DNA of 64,000 nucleotides, from positions 240 through 64,239 of the forward strand of contig URMC01000001.1 of the NCBI GenBank assembly GCA_900548735.1. Direction: 5' to 3'. Positions 28,427 through 40,108 of the stretch are shown here, one piece after another. How positions within the stretch are numbered: position 1 is the first letter of the stretch; every line of letters begins with the position of its first letter. This DNA comes from an uncultured Eubacteriales bacterium (GTDB lineage Bacteria > Bacillota > Clostridia > Oscillospirales > CAG-272). A program made the position numbers and the translations under genes. The notes under the pieces are model-generated. The model searched no databases, was not told the origin of the DNA, and saw only the letters and a program-made list of their open reading frames with translations.

Positions 28427-28729
28427 ATGCTCAATAACAATATCTTTTGCAATTACCCCGACGCGATGACACTCGCCCAGCTTGCCGAGTGTCTGAACAT
28501 CAGCACCAAGCTCGCCTCACGGCTCGTGCATGAGAAAAAGGTATTTGCCAAAAAAGTCGGACGGGAATACCGCATCTCGAAAAGCTCCGTGATGGAATTT
28601 GTCCGCGGAAAGAAAAAACACACGAAAAAAAGTTGTGTTGTAAATGTAACTTCGAACCCACAGGACTGGATAATTGAAGATAAATGTGGTATCTTGTGTG
28701 CTGCCGCAAAGCGAAAGGAGGTATGCTGA
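28427..28729 (+). CDS. excisionase-family HTH DNA-binding protein
   Basis: MTLAQLAECLNISTKLASRLVHEKKVFAKKVGREYRISKSSVMEFV. It lies immediately upstream of the integrase. Confidence 0.7.
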   Translation: MLNNNIFCNYPDAMTLAQLAECLNISTKLASRLVHEKKVFAKKVGREYRISKSSVMEFVRGKKKHTKKSCVVNVTSNPQDWIIEDKCGILCAAAKRKEVC

Positions 28730-28730
28730 T

Positions 28731-29834
28731 ATGGCAAATAAACTGAGTAAAGACATCTCGGGAAGCGTTCAGGAAAAGAGAGGTATGCTGTATCTGGTGG
28801 TCAGCTACAAGGATACCGTAACACAGAAAAACAAAACCAAATGGCTGGGGCTTGGACTGCCTGCCGGCTCCACGAAATCGCTCATCAACAAGGCTGTCAG
28901 AGAGGCGAAGAACAAGTTTGAAAGCGAGTACAAGCGCTTCCTTGACGGCTACGACGATCCGACCAAATATCCTCTTCTGCAATTCTTAAACGACTGGCTC
29001 GACCGTGTACACATCCACAAGATCCAAGAGTCCACATACTACGGCTACAAAAGAAGAGTGAGCGGAAAGATGGCGAAATACTTTGACGAAAAGATCACGC
29101 TTGCCGACTGCAAGCCCCGCCTCATTCACGGCTTCTACGATTACCTGCGCGAGGACGGCGACAGTGAGCAGACGATTTTGCATTATCACAATCTGCTGCA
29201 CACCGCCTTCGAATACGCCATCCGCCAGGAGATCCTCGAATACAATCCCATGGATAGAGTGGAGCGTCCGCAACCGAAGAAGTTCGTCGGCGACTTCTAC
29301 TCGGTGGACGAGGTCAAGACTCTTCTCGAACACGCCAAAGAGGACGTTATCTATATCCCCATCGTCCTTGCCGTCTATTGCGGACTGCGAAGAAGCGAGG
29401 CACTTGGGCTGTCTTGGAGCAACATCGACTTCGAGAATGATAAGATCTTCATCGGGCAGAAGGTGCTGGAGGTCATCCGCAACGGTAAAATGGAACAGGT
29501 GATCAGCGACGAGATGAAGACCGAAAGCTCACGAAGAAGCTTCAAAATGATCCCCGAGGTCAAGGAGATCCTGCTCGCCCACAAAGCACAACAAGAGCTC
29601 TATCGCCGGCAATTCCGCCGCACCTACAGCAAAAAATATCTTGATATGGTCTGTGTCAACCCCTTGGGTGAGCTGATCAAGCCGAGTTATATCACCTCTC
29701 TCTTCCCGATCAACAAAAGCACATCGATGCCGTCCGCAGCAGCGGCAAGTATATCATCTCCAAAGCCGCTATCGTTGACTTCCTCGTCAGTGACATCGCC
29801 TTCGGGATCGTCAACAAATCCGCGTGGCATATAA
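28731..29834 (+). pseudogene. int: tyrosine site-specific integrase, 3'-truncated (catalytic HxxR and Tyr region missing)
   Basis: The SAM-like N-domain and box I (CGLRRSEALGLSWSNIDF) plus KTESSRRSFKM are present. After ...GELIKPSYITS (~29697) the frame reads a Ser/Pro-rich tail with no HDLRH or Tyr motif. Confidence 0.7.
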
Positions 29835-29934
29835 ATACGATCCTTATGTTCTCAAATAAGGAATAAGAAAAGGCACAGCCCTGCCATGAAGGTGGGGCTG
29901 TGTCTTTTATTGTTTAGAATAATGATTACGAATG

Positions 29935-31098
29935 TCAGTTTTTCATTTCAAAATTCTCGGTACTCCGTTTTTCGTATTGTTCGCAAAGTAAAATGTAATC
30001 TGCCTCAATTTTATCTAAAACATTGATGCCGAAAACATCTCTTTCCTCTGCATAATCTTCACAAAACATCTCATATACAGATGGAATAACGCTACTTAAC
30101 ATTAAAGATATCTCGAAATAATGAAGCAATGGATATCGTGATTCAACAACACCGCCATGCACGTATACATGACACATTTTATAAAGACGTTCCATCATCT
30201 CAAATGCAGCGAGGGTTTCATTTTCACAGTTTGCTTTAAGATAATTTAAAACGCCCATGAAAGTATATGGCTTTTGCTTTACAATATCGTGATAGTTCGG
30301 AATTTTATCAACAAAACCATAATGCATATATTCAACCTTGTTGCGCTCATTTTTATTTTCGCGGTTTGCGAACAGTTTATTAAATTCATCGGGAAATACT
30401 TGGTCGCAGCACGTTTGACGCGTTTCAAAATATGAGAATTTTTCGTCCTCGGCAAACAGTTCGGGATAAACACGCATAACAAGAAGTTTTGCATACAGTT
30501 CAAGTACGGTTCGGCAAGGTAAATATGCTGTTCCAAGGAAGTTATCTTCAAGGAGCGATAATGCAGACAATGCTTTGTTTGTGATTTTTGCAAAATAAAA
30601 AGCTGATTTGTTTTTTGCTCCGTTCAAATAAATCATATGATTCATTTTCATACATAAAACAAACAACTCATACGGCAAGGGGTAGTAGTTGAATCGTTCT
30701 CCCAACATAATGGGCTTGTGTCTAAAGTATGCACTACCATACTCCCGAAGAAAAATTTGTTCAGAAACTTGTTTTGTGAGTTTATTTTTGTAATTTTCGT
30801 CCTTCTCTATCCTTGATTTATCTTCCGTGGTGAGAAAAATCGTATTTGCTTTATGTACTCCAACGATATGTTTACAGATGTCATATTCCGGTTCTGGACC
30901 AATTCCGGTTACCATTCTTTCATCAGACCAGCGAAGATCATACAACTCAAAAAACTTTTCTGCAATTGCATTAAAAACTCGATATTTTATATCAATAAGA
31001 AAAGAACCTCTAATATCGTTTTTAAACAGCTCTTTTAATGAGCGATTGTTTTGTCTTTGTATTCGCTCGGCAATTTGCGAAAAATTGTTGGGCAACAT
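29935..31098 (-). CDS. hypothetical protein B (387 aa), paralogous core shared with upstream protein A
   Basis: Very AT-rich ORF with AAGGAGG upstream. Motifs FYFA(167-170), RTVLE(196-200), KMCHVYVH(307-314). I recognise no family. Confidence 0.65.
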   Translation of the reverse strand: MLPNNFSQIAERIQRQNNRSLKELFKNDIRGSFLIDIKYRVFNAIAEKFFELYDLRWSDERMVTGIGPEPEYDICKHIVGVHKANTIFLTTEDKSRIEKDENYKNKLTKQVSEQIFLREYGSAYFRHKPIMLGERFNYYPLPYELFVLCMKMNHMIYLNGAKNKSAFYFAKITNKALSALSLLEDNFLGTAYLPCRTVLELYAKLLVMRVYPELFAEDEKFSYFETRQTCCDQVFPDEFNKLFANRENKNERNKVEYMHYGFVDKIPNYHDIVKQKPYTFMGVLNYLKANCENETLAAFEMMERLYKMCHVYVHGGVVESRYPLLHYFEISLMLSSVIPSVYEMFCEDYAEERDVFGINVLDKIEADYILLCEQYEKRSTENFEMKN

Positions 31099-31126
31099 AT
31101 TTTCAGAAATCCTCCTTATATTGTCG

Positions 31127-31150
31127 AAAAAAGCCCCGAAAAATCGAGGC
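31127..31150 (-). terminator. terminator-like hairpin between genes A and B
   Basis: On the minus strand: GCCTCG-ATTTTT-CGGGGC followed by TTTTTT. Confidence 0.45.
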
Positions 31151-31203
31151 TTATGGCGGAAAGCCTGAAAGTCAATTTGAACTTTTTGTCTTCAGGAAAT
31201 CCT

Positions 31204-31938
31204 TTATTGTAGCGGTCCATCTTTAATCTCTTTGCGAATTTCCGTAATTTTTGCATATGTTTTTCTAAACTCAGAGAAAATGTCAATATTGCCAAACTTA
31301 AAATCAAAGCCTGTTACATTATGGTAACTACAACAAATTTCATCGAATAAGATAGCAAGAAGGTATATAAATTCTGTATTAAGTTTTATCATGCCTTCTT
31401 GCGTTAATTCTATATAAGTTAGATTTGTATGAACAAAGTTGTTACAGTATTTACGCCAGATTGCCAAATCGTGAATATTGGCAAGCTCAAATAATTTATC
31501 GTAAGATATTTCCGTTACACCAATAAGTTCTAACCACCCTAAAGAATAAAAATCGATCATGTTTTTTCTTTGCTTTTTGGTTAATTGGCTTGCATCGTAT
31601 AATTTTTTTAGTTCGCAGTTATCCTCCTTATGCTCTAGATAATAATGCCTTGCTTTTGCAAACATTCCGTATGCAGATAAGTTATTTTCGTTTAACCCAA
31701 TAATTTTCGCTGTTGCTACTTGCTCAAGTAGTTGGCGCAACAATGTTCCAATTTGTGAGTAAGATTGAATATCTATAGCCACGCAACATAGAGCCAGTCC
31801 ACGATATATCTCATTTGCAAGTGCAAAATAATAATTATATTGCTTGTTCTCAAACCTATCCATATCAACACAAATTTGAGGAAACATATTTTGAGAAATG
31901 TTAAAAATATTTTCTTTTAATGTTAAATAGTTCATCAT
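31204..31938 (-). CDS. hypothetical protein A (244 aa), paralogous core shared with protein B
   Basis: Very AT-rich ORF. Motifs YYFA(36-39), RQLLE(68-72), KYCNNFVH(163-170). I recognise no family. Confidence 0.65.
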   Translation of the reverse strand: MMNYLTLKENIFNISQNMFPQICVDMDRFENKQYNYYFALANEIYRGLALCCVAIDIQSYSQIGTLLRQLLEQVATAKIIGLNENNLSAYGMFAKARHYYLEHKEDNCELKKLYDASQLTKKQRKNMIDFYSLGWLELIGVTEISYDKLFELANIHDLAIWRKYCNNFVHTNLTYIELTQEGMIKLNTEFIYLLAILFDEICCSYHNVTGFDFKFGNIDIFSEFRKTYAKITEIRKEIKDGPLQ

Positions 31939-32204
31939 TATACCTTCTATCTATTAGAGTTTCAACTCGTTCATAAACCGTGTTTTTTTGCATGACGACA
32001 AAATTTTAATCTTTTACAACACCGGCGAAAATAACCCGACGGTAATTAAGAGAAAAAATACGGAAGAATTGGTTTCGCAACTTAACGACATAGAGAGCAA
32101 CGGCAAAACCGCAACAGATGACTGCCCGAACGCAACGGGGAACAACAGCCCAAGCGTACAAAAGGAAAACTCGCTTGAACCTCAAGGGTTCAAACGAGTT
32201 TCAC

Positions 32205-32294
32205 TTGGCGGAGAGGATGGGATTCGAACCCATGTGGGGTTGCCCCCAAACGGTTTTCAAGACCGCCTCGTTATGACCGCTTCGATACCTCTCC
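32205..32294 (-). tRNA. tRNA-Ser (anticodon TGA)
   Basis: The reverse complement is GGAGAGG-TA-TCGAAGCGGTCATAACGA-G-GCGGT-CTTGAAA-ACCGT-TTGGGGGCAACCCCACAT-GGGTTCGAATCCC-AT-CCTCTCC-G-CCA. Its 3' 56 nt form the attR repeat. Confidence 0.9.
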
Positions 32295-32417
32295 GTATGG
32301 CAGGAAACCAGCTTACGCCGTATAGTATAGCATATCCGGGGGAAAAAGTCAAGGTTGTGGTGGAAATTTACGGATGGCGGTGATATAATAGAAAAAAGAA
32401 GCGAAAGGAGCGGGACG

Positions 32418-32969
32418 ATGGCGGTTTATCATTATCACTCCCCGTTAGGGGGCATGACATTGACCGGGGACGGCAACGCCGTGACCGGGGTTTGGTTTGA
32501 CGGGCAGAAATACTTTGGAGAGGCGGGGGCGGCAAACTGTTTTGCAAAAAGGCTCCCAGACGAGGAGGAGCCCCTGCCGGAGGCGGTTGCCGCATGGCTG
32601 GACCGCTATTTTAAGGGGATGAATCCGGGGGAGATTCCGAAGGTGGTATTCCCGGAGGCCTCGCCGTTCCGGCGACAGGTATGGGCGCTTTTGCGCCGCA
32701 TTCCATACGGAAAACTCGTCACGTATGGGGACGTTTCGCGGGAAATCGAACGAAAAACCGGGCGCCGGGTCTCGGCGCAGGCGGTCGGCGGCGCGGTGGG
32801 GCACAATCCGATTTCGGTGATTGTTCCCTGCCATCGGGTAATCGGTTCCGACGGGAGTCTGACCGGGTATGCCGGGGGGCTTACCAAGAAAATGGCGCTT
32901 TTACGATTGGAAGGAATAACCCCCGCGCTGCTTGCCGCAGAGCCGGAACGGTTTCGGTTTGAGTTTTAA
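32418..32969 (+). CDS. ogt: methylated-DNA--protein-cysteine methyltransferase
   Basis: Active-site VPCHRVIGSDGSLTGYAGGL. ATG 32418 follows AAAGGAG. Confidence 0.9.
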   Translation: MAVYHYHSPLGGMTLTGDGNAVTGVWFDGQKYFGEAGAANCFAKRLPDEEEPLPEAVAAWLDRYFKGMNPGEIPKVVFPEASPFRRQVWALLRRIPYGKLVTYGDVSREIERKTGRRVSAQAVGGAVGHNPISVIVPCHRVIGSDGSLTGYAGGLTKKMALLRLEGITPALLAAEPERFRFEF

Positions 32970-33035
32970 GCGGGGCGGGTTTGGCGGAACGAATGATTAG
33001 GATGTGAGGGGCGAACAGGTGAGCGGCTAATGGTC

Positions 33036-33360
33036 GGCACCTTGCGGTGCGGCTTTCAGGCTCCCGCCTTACTTTGGGTACACACGCCCAACTTTTGTAG
33101 CGGCGACCATTGGTCGCCGCCAACCCAACAAAAACAAACATTTGTAGGGGAGGGGTTTCCCCTCCCGTTTGTAAGGATTTTTATCCCATCAACCGGCGGC
33201 GCACTTGCCCGTTTGCTTGCCCGCCGCAGGCGCGCGAAAAGGGGGCTTTTTGAAAAAAGCCCCCTTTAAATCCCCGAAAAACTTTTACACAGCACACGCC
33301 AAACTTTCGGCGAGTGCGCCCAAAGTAAGGCGTCAGCCTGAAAGCTGCACCGCAGGTGCC
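33036..33360. repeat. imperfect ~45-bp inverted repeats enclosing three strong GC hairpins (REP/MITE-like intergenic element)
   Basis: Left arm GGCACCTTGCGGTGCGGCTTTCAGGCTCCCGCCTTACTTTGGGT. Right arm GCCCAAAGTAAGGCGTCAGCCTGAAAGCTGCACCGCAGGTGCC. Internal hairpins GCGGCGACC-ATT-GGTCGCCGC, GGGGAGGGG-TTT-CCCCTCCC and AAAGGGGGCTTTTT-G-AAAAAAGCCCCCTTT. Confidence 0.75.
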
Positions 33361-33481
33361 GTCAGCCTGTCAGCCGCACCGCAGGTGCCCCCGCCGCAGG
33401 CGGCGCAGGTGCCGTCAGCCTATCAGCCCCACCGCAAGGTGGTTGTCAACTGGCGCCGGGATGATTTTGGAATTTGGCGAA

Positions 33482-35976
<2,495 letters not shown>

Positions 35977-35998
<22 letters not shown>

Positions 35999-38208
35999 AC
36001 GCACTCCCCGGCAAAGATAGCCAGTGCCCCGCGCACGCGTGCCATCACGTCATCCGTCATTTTGGCGCCGGTGGCAAGCACATCGCGCAACTGCGGCTCT
36101 TTGGTCTCAAAATACGCATACAATTCGCTTTCAAACACCCTGAATTCCGGCACGGGAACGCTGTCGGCAAACCCTTCCGCCACAGCGAAGATCAACAGCG
36201 CCTCCTGCCAGTCCTCCAGCGGCGAAAAGCGGCGCTGTCTGAGCGCGGTCATCATCCGCACGCCTGCATCCAGCGTTTTTTGCGTATCGGCGTCCACATC
36301 GGCGCCAAACTGCGCAAAGCCGGACAGTTCCCGGTATTGCGCCAGGCGCATACGAAGCGAAGCCGAAACCTGTTTCATCAGTTTGGTCTGCGCCGCGCTG
36401 CCCACACGGGAGACCGAAAGCCCCACGTTGATTGCCGGGCGCTGACCCGCATAAAACAGTTCGGTATCGAGGAATATCTGCCCATCCGTGATGGAAATCA
36501 CGTTGGTCGGGATATACGACGAAATGTCGCCCGCCAGCGTTTCCAGGAGCGGCAGGGCGGTCATGGAGCCGCCGCCCAGTTCGGGCGAGAGTTTTGCCGC
36601 GCGCTCCAACAGGCGCGAATGGAGATAGAAAATATCCCCCGGATATGCCTCACGCCCGGAGGGGCGGTGCAAGAGAAGCGATAACTCGCGGTATGCCACG
36701 GCGTGCTTGGAAAGATCGTCATACACGATCAGCACGTCGCGCCCCGCATACATAAAGTACTCGCCCATCGCCGTTGCGGCAAAGGGGGCGATATACTGCA
36801 ACGAAGCCGATTCCGACGCGTCGGCACACACGATAATGGTATATTTCATCGCACCGTTCTGTTCCAGTTTGGCGCGAAGCCCGGCGACCGTGGTATCCTT
36901 TTGCCCGATGGCAACGTAAATGCACACCACGTTTCTGCCACGTTGGCTGATAATCGCGTCCACCGCGAGGGCGGATTTACCGGTCTGTCGGTCACCGATA
37001 ACCAGTTCCCGCTGACCTTTGCCGATCGGCACCAGTGCGTCGATCGCCTTAATCCCGGTATGAAGCGGCTCCGAGACGGAGGCGCGCTCCAGAATAGCCG
37101 GCGCTTTGCACTCGATGGGGCGGCGCTCCCCCGTGCGGATCTGCCCCTTACCGTCAATGGCGTGCCCCAGCGCATCCACCACTCTGCCAAGCAATGCTTC
37201 ACCCACCGGCACGGAAGCAATCTTGCCCACACGCCGCACGCGGCTGCCGCTTTCGATATGCGCGTAGTCGCCGTAAATCACGCACCCGATTTTGCCGGGC
37301 TGAATGTCCAGTACCATCCCGCGGTTTCCGCTGGCAAACTCCACCACCTCGCCGTACATAATGTCGGCAAGACCGTCCATCCAGCAGATTCCGTCCGAAA
37401 CCGTCAGGACTCTGCCGAGCTGGTAGGTAAAGACCTGTTCGCCCATCGCGTCCAGATCCTCCCGCAGTTCCGCGGCAAGGCGCGCCGCGTCCTCCGTGCC
37501 CTCGATGCAGTCTTTCTGCATCCGGTGCTCCATCTGATACAGGCGCTCGGTCACGGAGCAATCATACACCGTGTCGCCGATACGAAGGCAAAGCCCGCCC
37601 AGCAGGTCCGGGTTTTCCTTGACCCAAAAAGAGGTTTTGCCCCCCACCGCCGCCAGCATCCGGTCGGTGTATTCCTCCATCTGCCGCACCAGCTCCTCCG
37701 GGAGCGGGAATGCGGAAGTCAGCGTGACGTACAGCACGTCATGCGTTTTCAGATAGGCAATATCACCGGGGGTCAGTTGCACTTTTTCCAAAATATTTCG
37801 CACCATCTGCGGCTCTTTTTGCCGCAGAGCCGTGGCATACGGCTCCGTGCCTAACATCCGCAACACGTTCTCCCGGATGGCGGAAACCGCCTCCCGGTGC
37901 ACGCCGGAAATCATTTCCCGGCGCATCTCGCGCCGCATTTCGGCGCCGGCGCTGTGTGCCTCTGTCAATTTCGTTTCGTTTTCTTTGGCGATACCCGCCA
38001 GTTTTGCCGCCGCCAGTGCTTCCGGCGGGTCGGCACGCTCCGGCTCGGGCAAGGTCAGAGTCTCCTTTTCCGCTTCCTCCGCAAAGGAAATATCCCGGTC
38101 GATGCGGTCTTTCCGGGAACGGAAAATCTCCGCGATCTTTTTTCTGCCAAGCAGTACGATCAGCAAAACAAGAATCGCGAAATTGATGATTGCATATACG
38201 ATATTCAT
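35977..38208 (-). CDS. atpA: single ORF encoding b-like TM/stalk segment, delta (OSCP) C-terminal domain and a complete alpha subunit
   Basis: Residues 1-50, MNIVYAIINFAILVLLIVLLGRKKIAEIFRSRKDRIDRDISFAEEAEKE, are b-like. Residues ~160-228, VTLTSAFPLP...DLLGGLCLRIGDTVYDCSVTERL, are delta-like. From ~255, GRVLTVSDGICWMDGL...GDRQTGKSALAVDAI (Walker A) is alpha. There is no stop between the modules. Confidence 0.85.
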
Positions 38209-38226
38209 AAATTCCCTGCTCAGGGG

Positions 38227-38643
38227 TCAGGAGGTCAGGCGGGAAACAAACAGCGCCGCCAGTTTTTCTGCCTCTCCGGCAACCTCTGCGGACAGCGCGG
38301 ATTTCTCCGCATCCAGCGATTTTGCATACCGTTCACACTCGTTTTGCTCCTCGGTGCGTGCCGCGGCTAGCAAACGGTCTGCCTCCTCCTGCCCCTGAAC
38401 GATCATCCTTTCCGCGTCATTTTTTGCCTTGACGGTGCTCTCCCGAAACGCCTCGTCCGCGGCGGCCTTTGCCGCTTTTCCGGCGTTTTCGTTGTCTTCA
38501 TGGCGCTTTTTCGCCGCCGCGATTCTCGCCGTGCGCGCGTCCATCATGCGCAACATCGGGGCAAACAGCAGTTTTTGGAGAATCAGCACCAATAAAAGAA
38601 AGCAGATCACCGTCCAGACCATCACAGAAACCTGTATGTTCAA
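38227..38643 (-). CDS. atpF: F-type ATP synthase b subunit
   Basis: Single N-terminal TM (VMVWTVICFLLLVLILQKLLFAPM) followed by a long charged helix. Confidence 0.85.
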   Translation of the reverse strand: MNIQVSVMVWTVICFLLLVLILQKLLFAPMLRMMDARTARIAAAKKRHEDNENAGKAAKAAADEAFRESTVKAKNDAERMIVQGQEEADRLLAAARTEEQNECERYAKSLDAEKSALSAEVAGEAEKLAALFVSRLTS

Positions 38644-38655
38644 GACTGCCCCTCC

Positions 38656-38886
38656 TTAGATTTTGGAAACCAGCATAAAGGCGATCAGCAGGCCGTAAAT
38701 CGTCAGCGCCTCCATCAGTGCCATGGAGATAATGAGGGAAGAACGGATGTCTTTTGCGGCGTCAGGCTGGCGGGCAATGCTCTCCATTGCCGCCTTGGCG
38801 GTCAGCCCCTGGGCGATAGCGGGAAAAATCGTGCTGAATGCCACCGCGATAGCGGCGGCGAGTGCGATCAGTGCTTCTCTTGTCAT
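38656..38886 (-). CDS. atpE: F-type ATP synthase c subunit
   Basis: Two-TM hairpin with the ARQPD loop and carboxylate E in MALMEALTIYGL. Confidence 0.9.
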   Translation of the reverse strand: MTREALIALAAAIAVAFSTIFPAIAQGLTAKAAMESIARQPDAAKDIRSSLIISMALMEALTIYGLLIAFMLVSKI

Positions 38887-39626
38887 GATTGTGTACTCCT
38901 TTTCATTTTCTTTTTGGAATGTTTTTCACGCGGCAGCTTTACTTCTTCTTTTTCGGTTGCCTCGTCTAAATAAATCGAAACCAACATGGTAAATACCACC
39001 GCCTGCAATGCGCAGAACAGGCACGACAGCACCATCATAATGACCGGTGCGCCAATGGGAAGAACGTGGTACAATTCCTCCGTGACCGTCTCCTCGCCGA
39101 ACACGTTGCCGTAAAGACGGAGCGCCAGCGACGCGGGCTTGATGAACTCATCCAACAACAACAGCGGCAACATGAAAAATGCCGGGGTCACAAACCGTTT
39201 GAAGTAATGCCCCACCCCGTTGCAAAGCCCTGCCGCCTGCAAAAACACAAACGCAATGCCGCCCAGCGCCAGCCCGGTGGAAAGCGACGAGGTCGGCGCT
39301 TTGACATAATCCGTCATACCGACACCGGGGAGAAGCCCCGAATAATTGGAAAGAATGATAAAAACAAACAGCGAGGCGAGAAACGGAAAATACTTTCGCG
39401 CTTTCTCCTTGCCGAGGATCCCGGAAAAGAAGTTATCGAGGTACTCCACCCCGGTCTCCACAATGTTCTGAAATTTCCCCGGGCGCTCTTTCATATGCCT
39501 GGTGGCAATAAGAGAAACGATAGCAACCAGCGCGAGAATCCCCCACATGGCAACCACCTCGCCCGTGACGTCCAGTACCCCGAAAATGCGGATCAGAACC
39601 TTTGAGTTTTCACCCATCGTTCTCAC
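38883..39626 (-). CDS. atpB: F-type ATP synthase a subunit
   Basis: Polytopic, with LALRLYGNVFGEE containing the essential Arg. It overlaps the atpE start. Confidence 0.9.
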   Translation of the reverse strand: MRTMGENSKVLIRIFGVLDVTGEVVAMWGILALVAIVSLIATRHMKERPGKFQNIVETGVEYLDNFFSGILGKEKARKYFPFLASLFVFIILSNYSGLLPGVGMTDYVKAPTSSLSTGLALGGIAFVFLQAAGLCNGVGHYFKRFVTPAFFMLPLLLLDEFIKPASLALRLYGNVFGEETVTEELYHVLPIGAPVIMMVLSCLFCALQAVVFTMLVSIYLDEATEKEEVKLPREKHSKKKMKRSTQS

Positions 39627-39942
39627 CCCCCTGACTGTGCTCCTCCGGCGGTTTTTTCCACTTGGAGGTGACCTTTACCAGCCGCGAGGTAAAGTAAAGC
39701 GAGGACACGGTAATGCCCAATGCCGCGCCGATCAGCAACGGAATCAGATCCCACGGGAGAGCGGGCGCCAGGAAATACACCGCCAGAAAATACCCGATCT
39801 GAATCAGGTTTCGCACGATGGAAAAAGCGGAAACCCGCGAGGGCGCGCGCCGCAACATCTGCACCGAAATCAGGTAGCAGACCCCGCCGACCAGCACGCC
39901 GCCAAGGAACGCGAAAGCCGCGCCCCACAACCAAAACGTCAT
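39610..39942 (-). CDS. atpI: ATP synthase subunit I-like small membrane protein
   Basis: First gene of the operon. Start MTFWLWGAAFAFLGGVLVGG follows AAAGGAG. It has four hydrophobic segments. Confidence 0.6.
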   Translation of the reverse strand: MTFWLWGAAFAFLGGVLVGGVCYLISVQMLRRAPSRVSAFSIVRNLIQIGYFLAVYFLAPALPWDLIPLLIGAALGITVSSLYFTSRLVKVTSKWKKPPEEHSQGGENDG

Positions 39943-40108
39943 CTTTTTCTCCTTTCTTTTACAGACTTTGTAAAAAAGCGCACCGCGCATCCGCAAAAGA
40001 ACGCGCGGCGCACCGGATTTTCTACATTATAACACCGCCCAACCTTTTTGTAAAGCGCGAGCGGTGAAATAAATGCATATTTTTTTCTTATAATTATATA
40101 TATTTCGC

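Larger units (their letters stand above)
24800..29700 (+). mobile_element. remnant of an integrative mobilizable element (repressor, AAA_25 ATPase, oriT, MobC, relaxase, Xis, truncated Int)
   Basis: The gene set and order are typical of small Firmicutes IMEs. GC is intermediate between the R-M module and the chromosome. The integrase lacks its catalytic C-terminus. Boundaries are approximate. Confidence 0.6.
10186..32260. mobile_element. ~22-kb composite genomic (defence) island integrated in tRNA-Ser(UGA)
   Basis: Perfect 56-bp direct repeats at both ends. The interior is visibly AT-richer than the flanks. Cargo includes type I R-M, mobilization genes and a truncated tyrosine integrase. Confidence 0.85.

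Noticed and set aside
31988-32383. 131-aa plus-strand ORF next to the island end, and the similar ORF 10094..10372.
   Set aside because: Both read straight through the tRNA-Ser gene or its orphan 3' fragment; the shared peptide GGEDGIRTHVGLPPNGFQ is the translated tRNA. They are not genes.
38656-38886. Na+-specific c-subunit.
   Set aside because: The Gln and carboxylate are present (AQGL, MEALTIYG). However, the Ser/Thr positions that follow the Glu in Na+-binding c-rings (ESTxxY) read E-A-L-T-I-Y. There is not enough support to call Na+ coupling.
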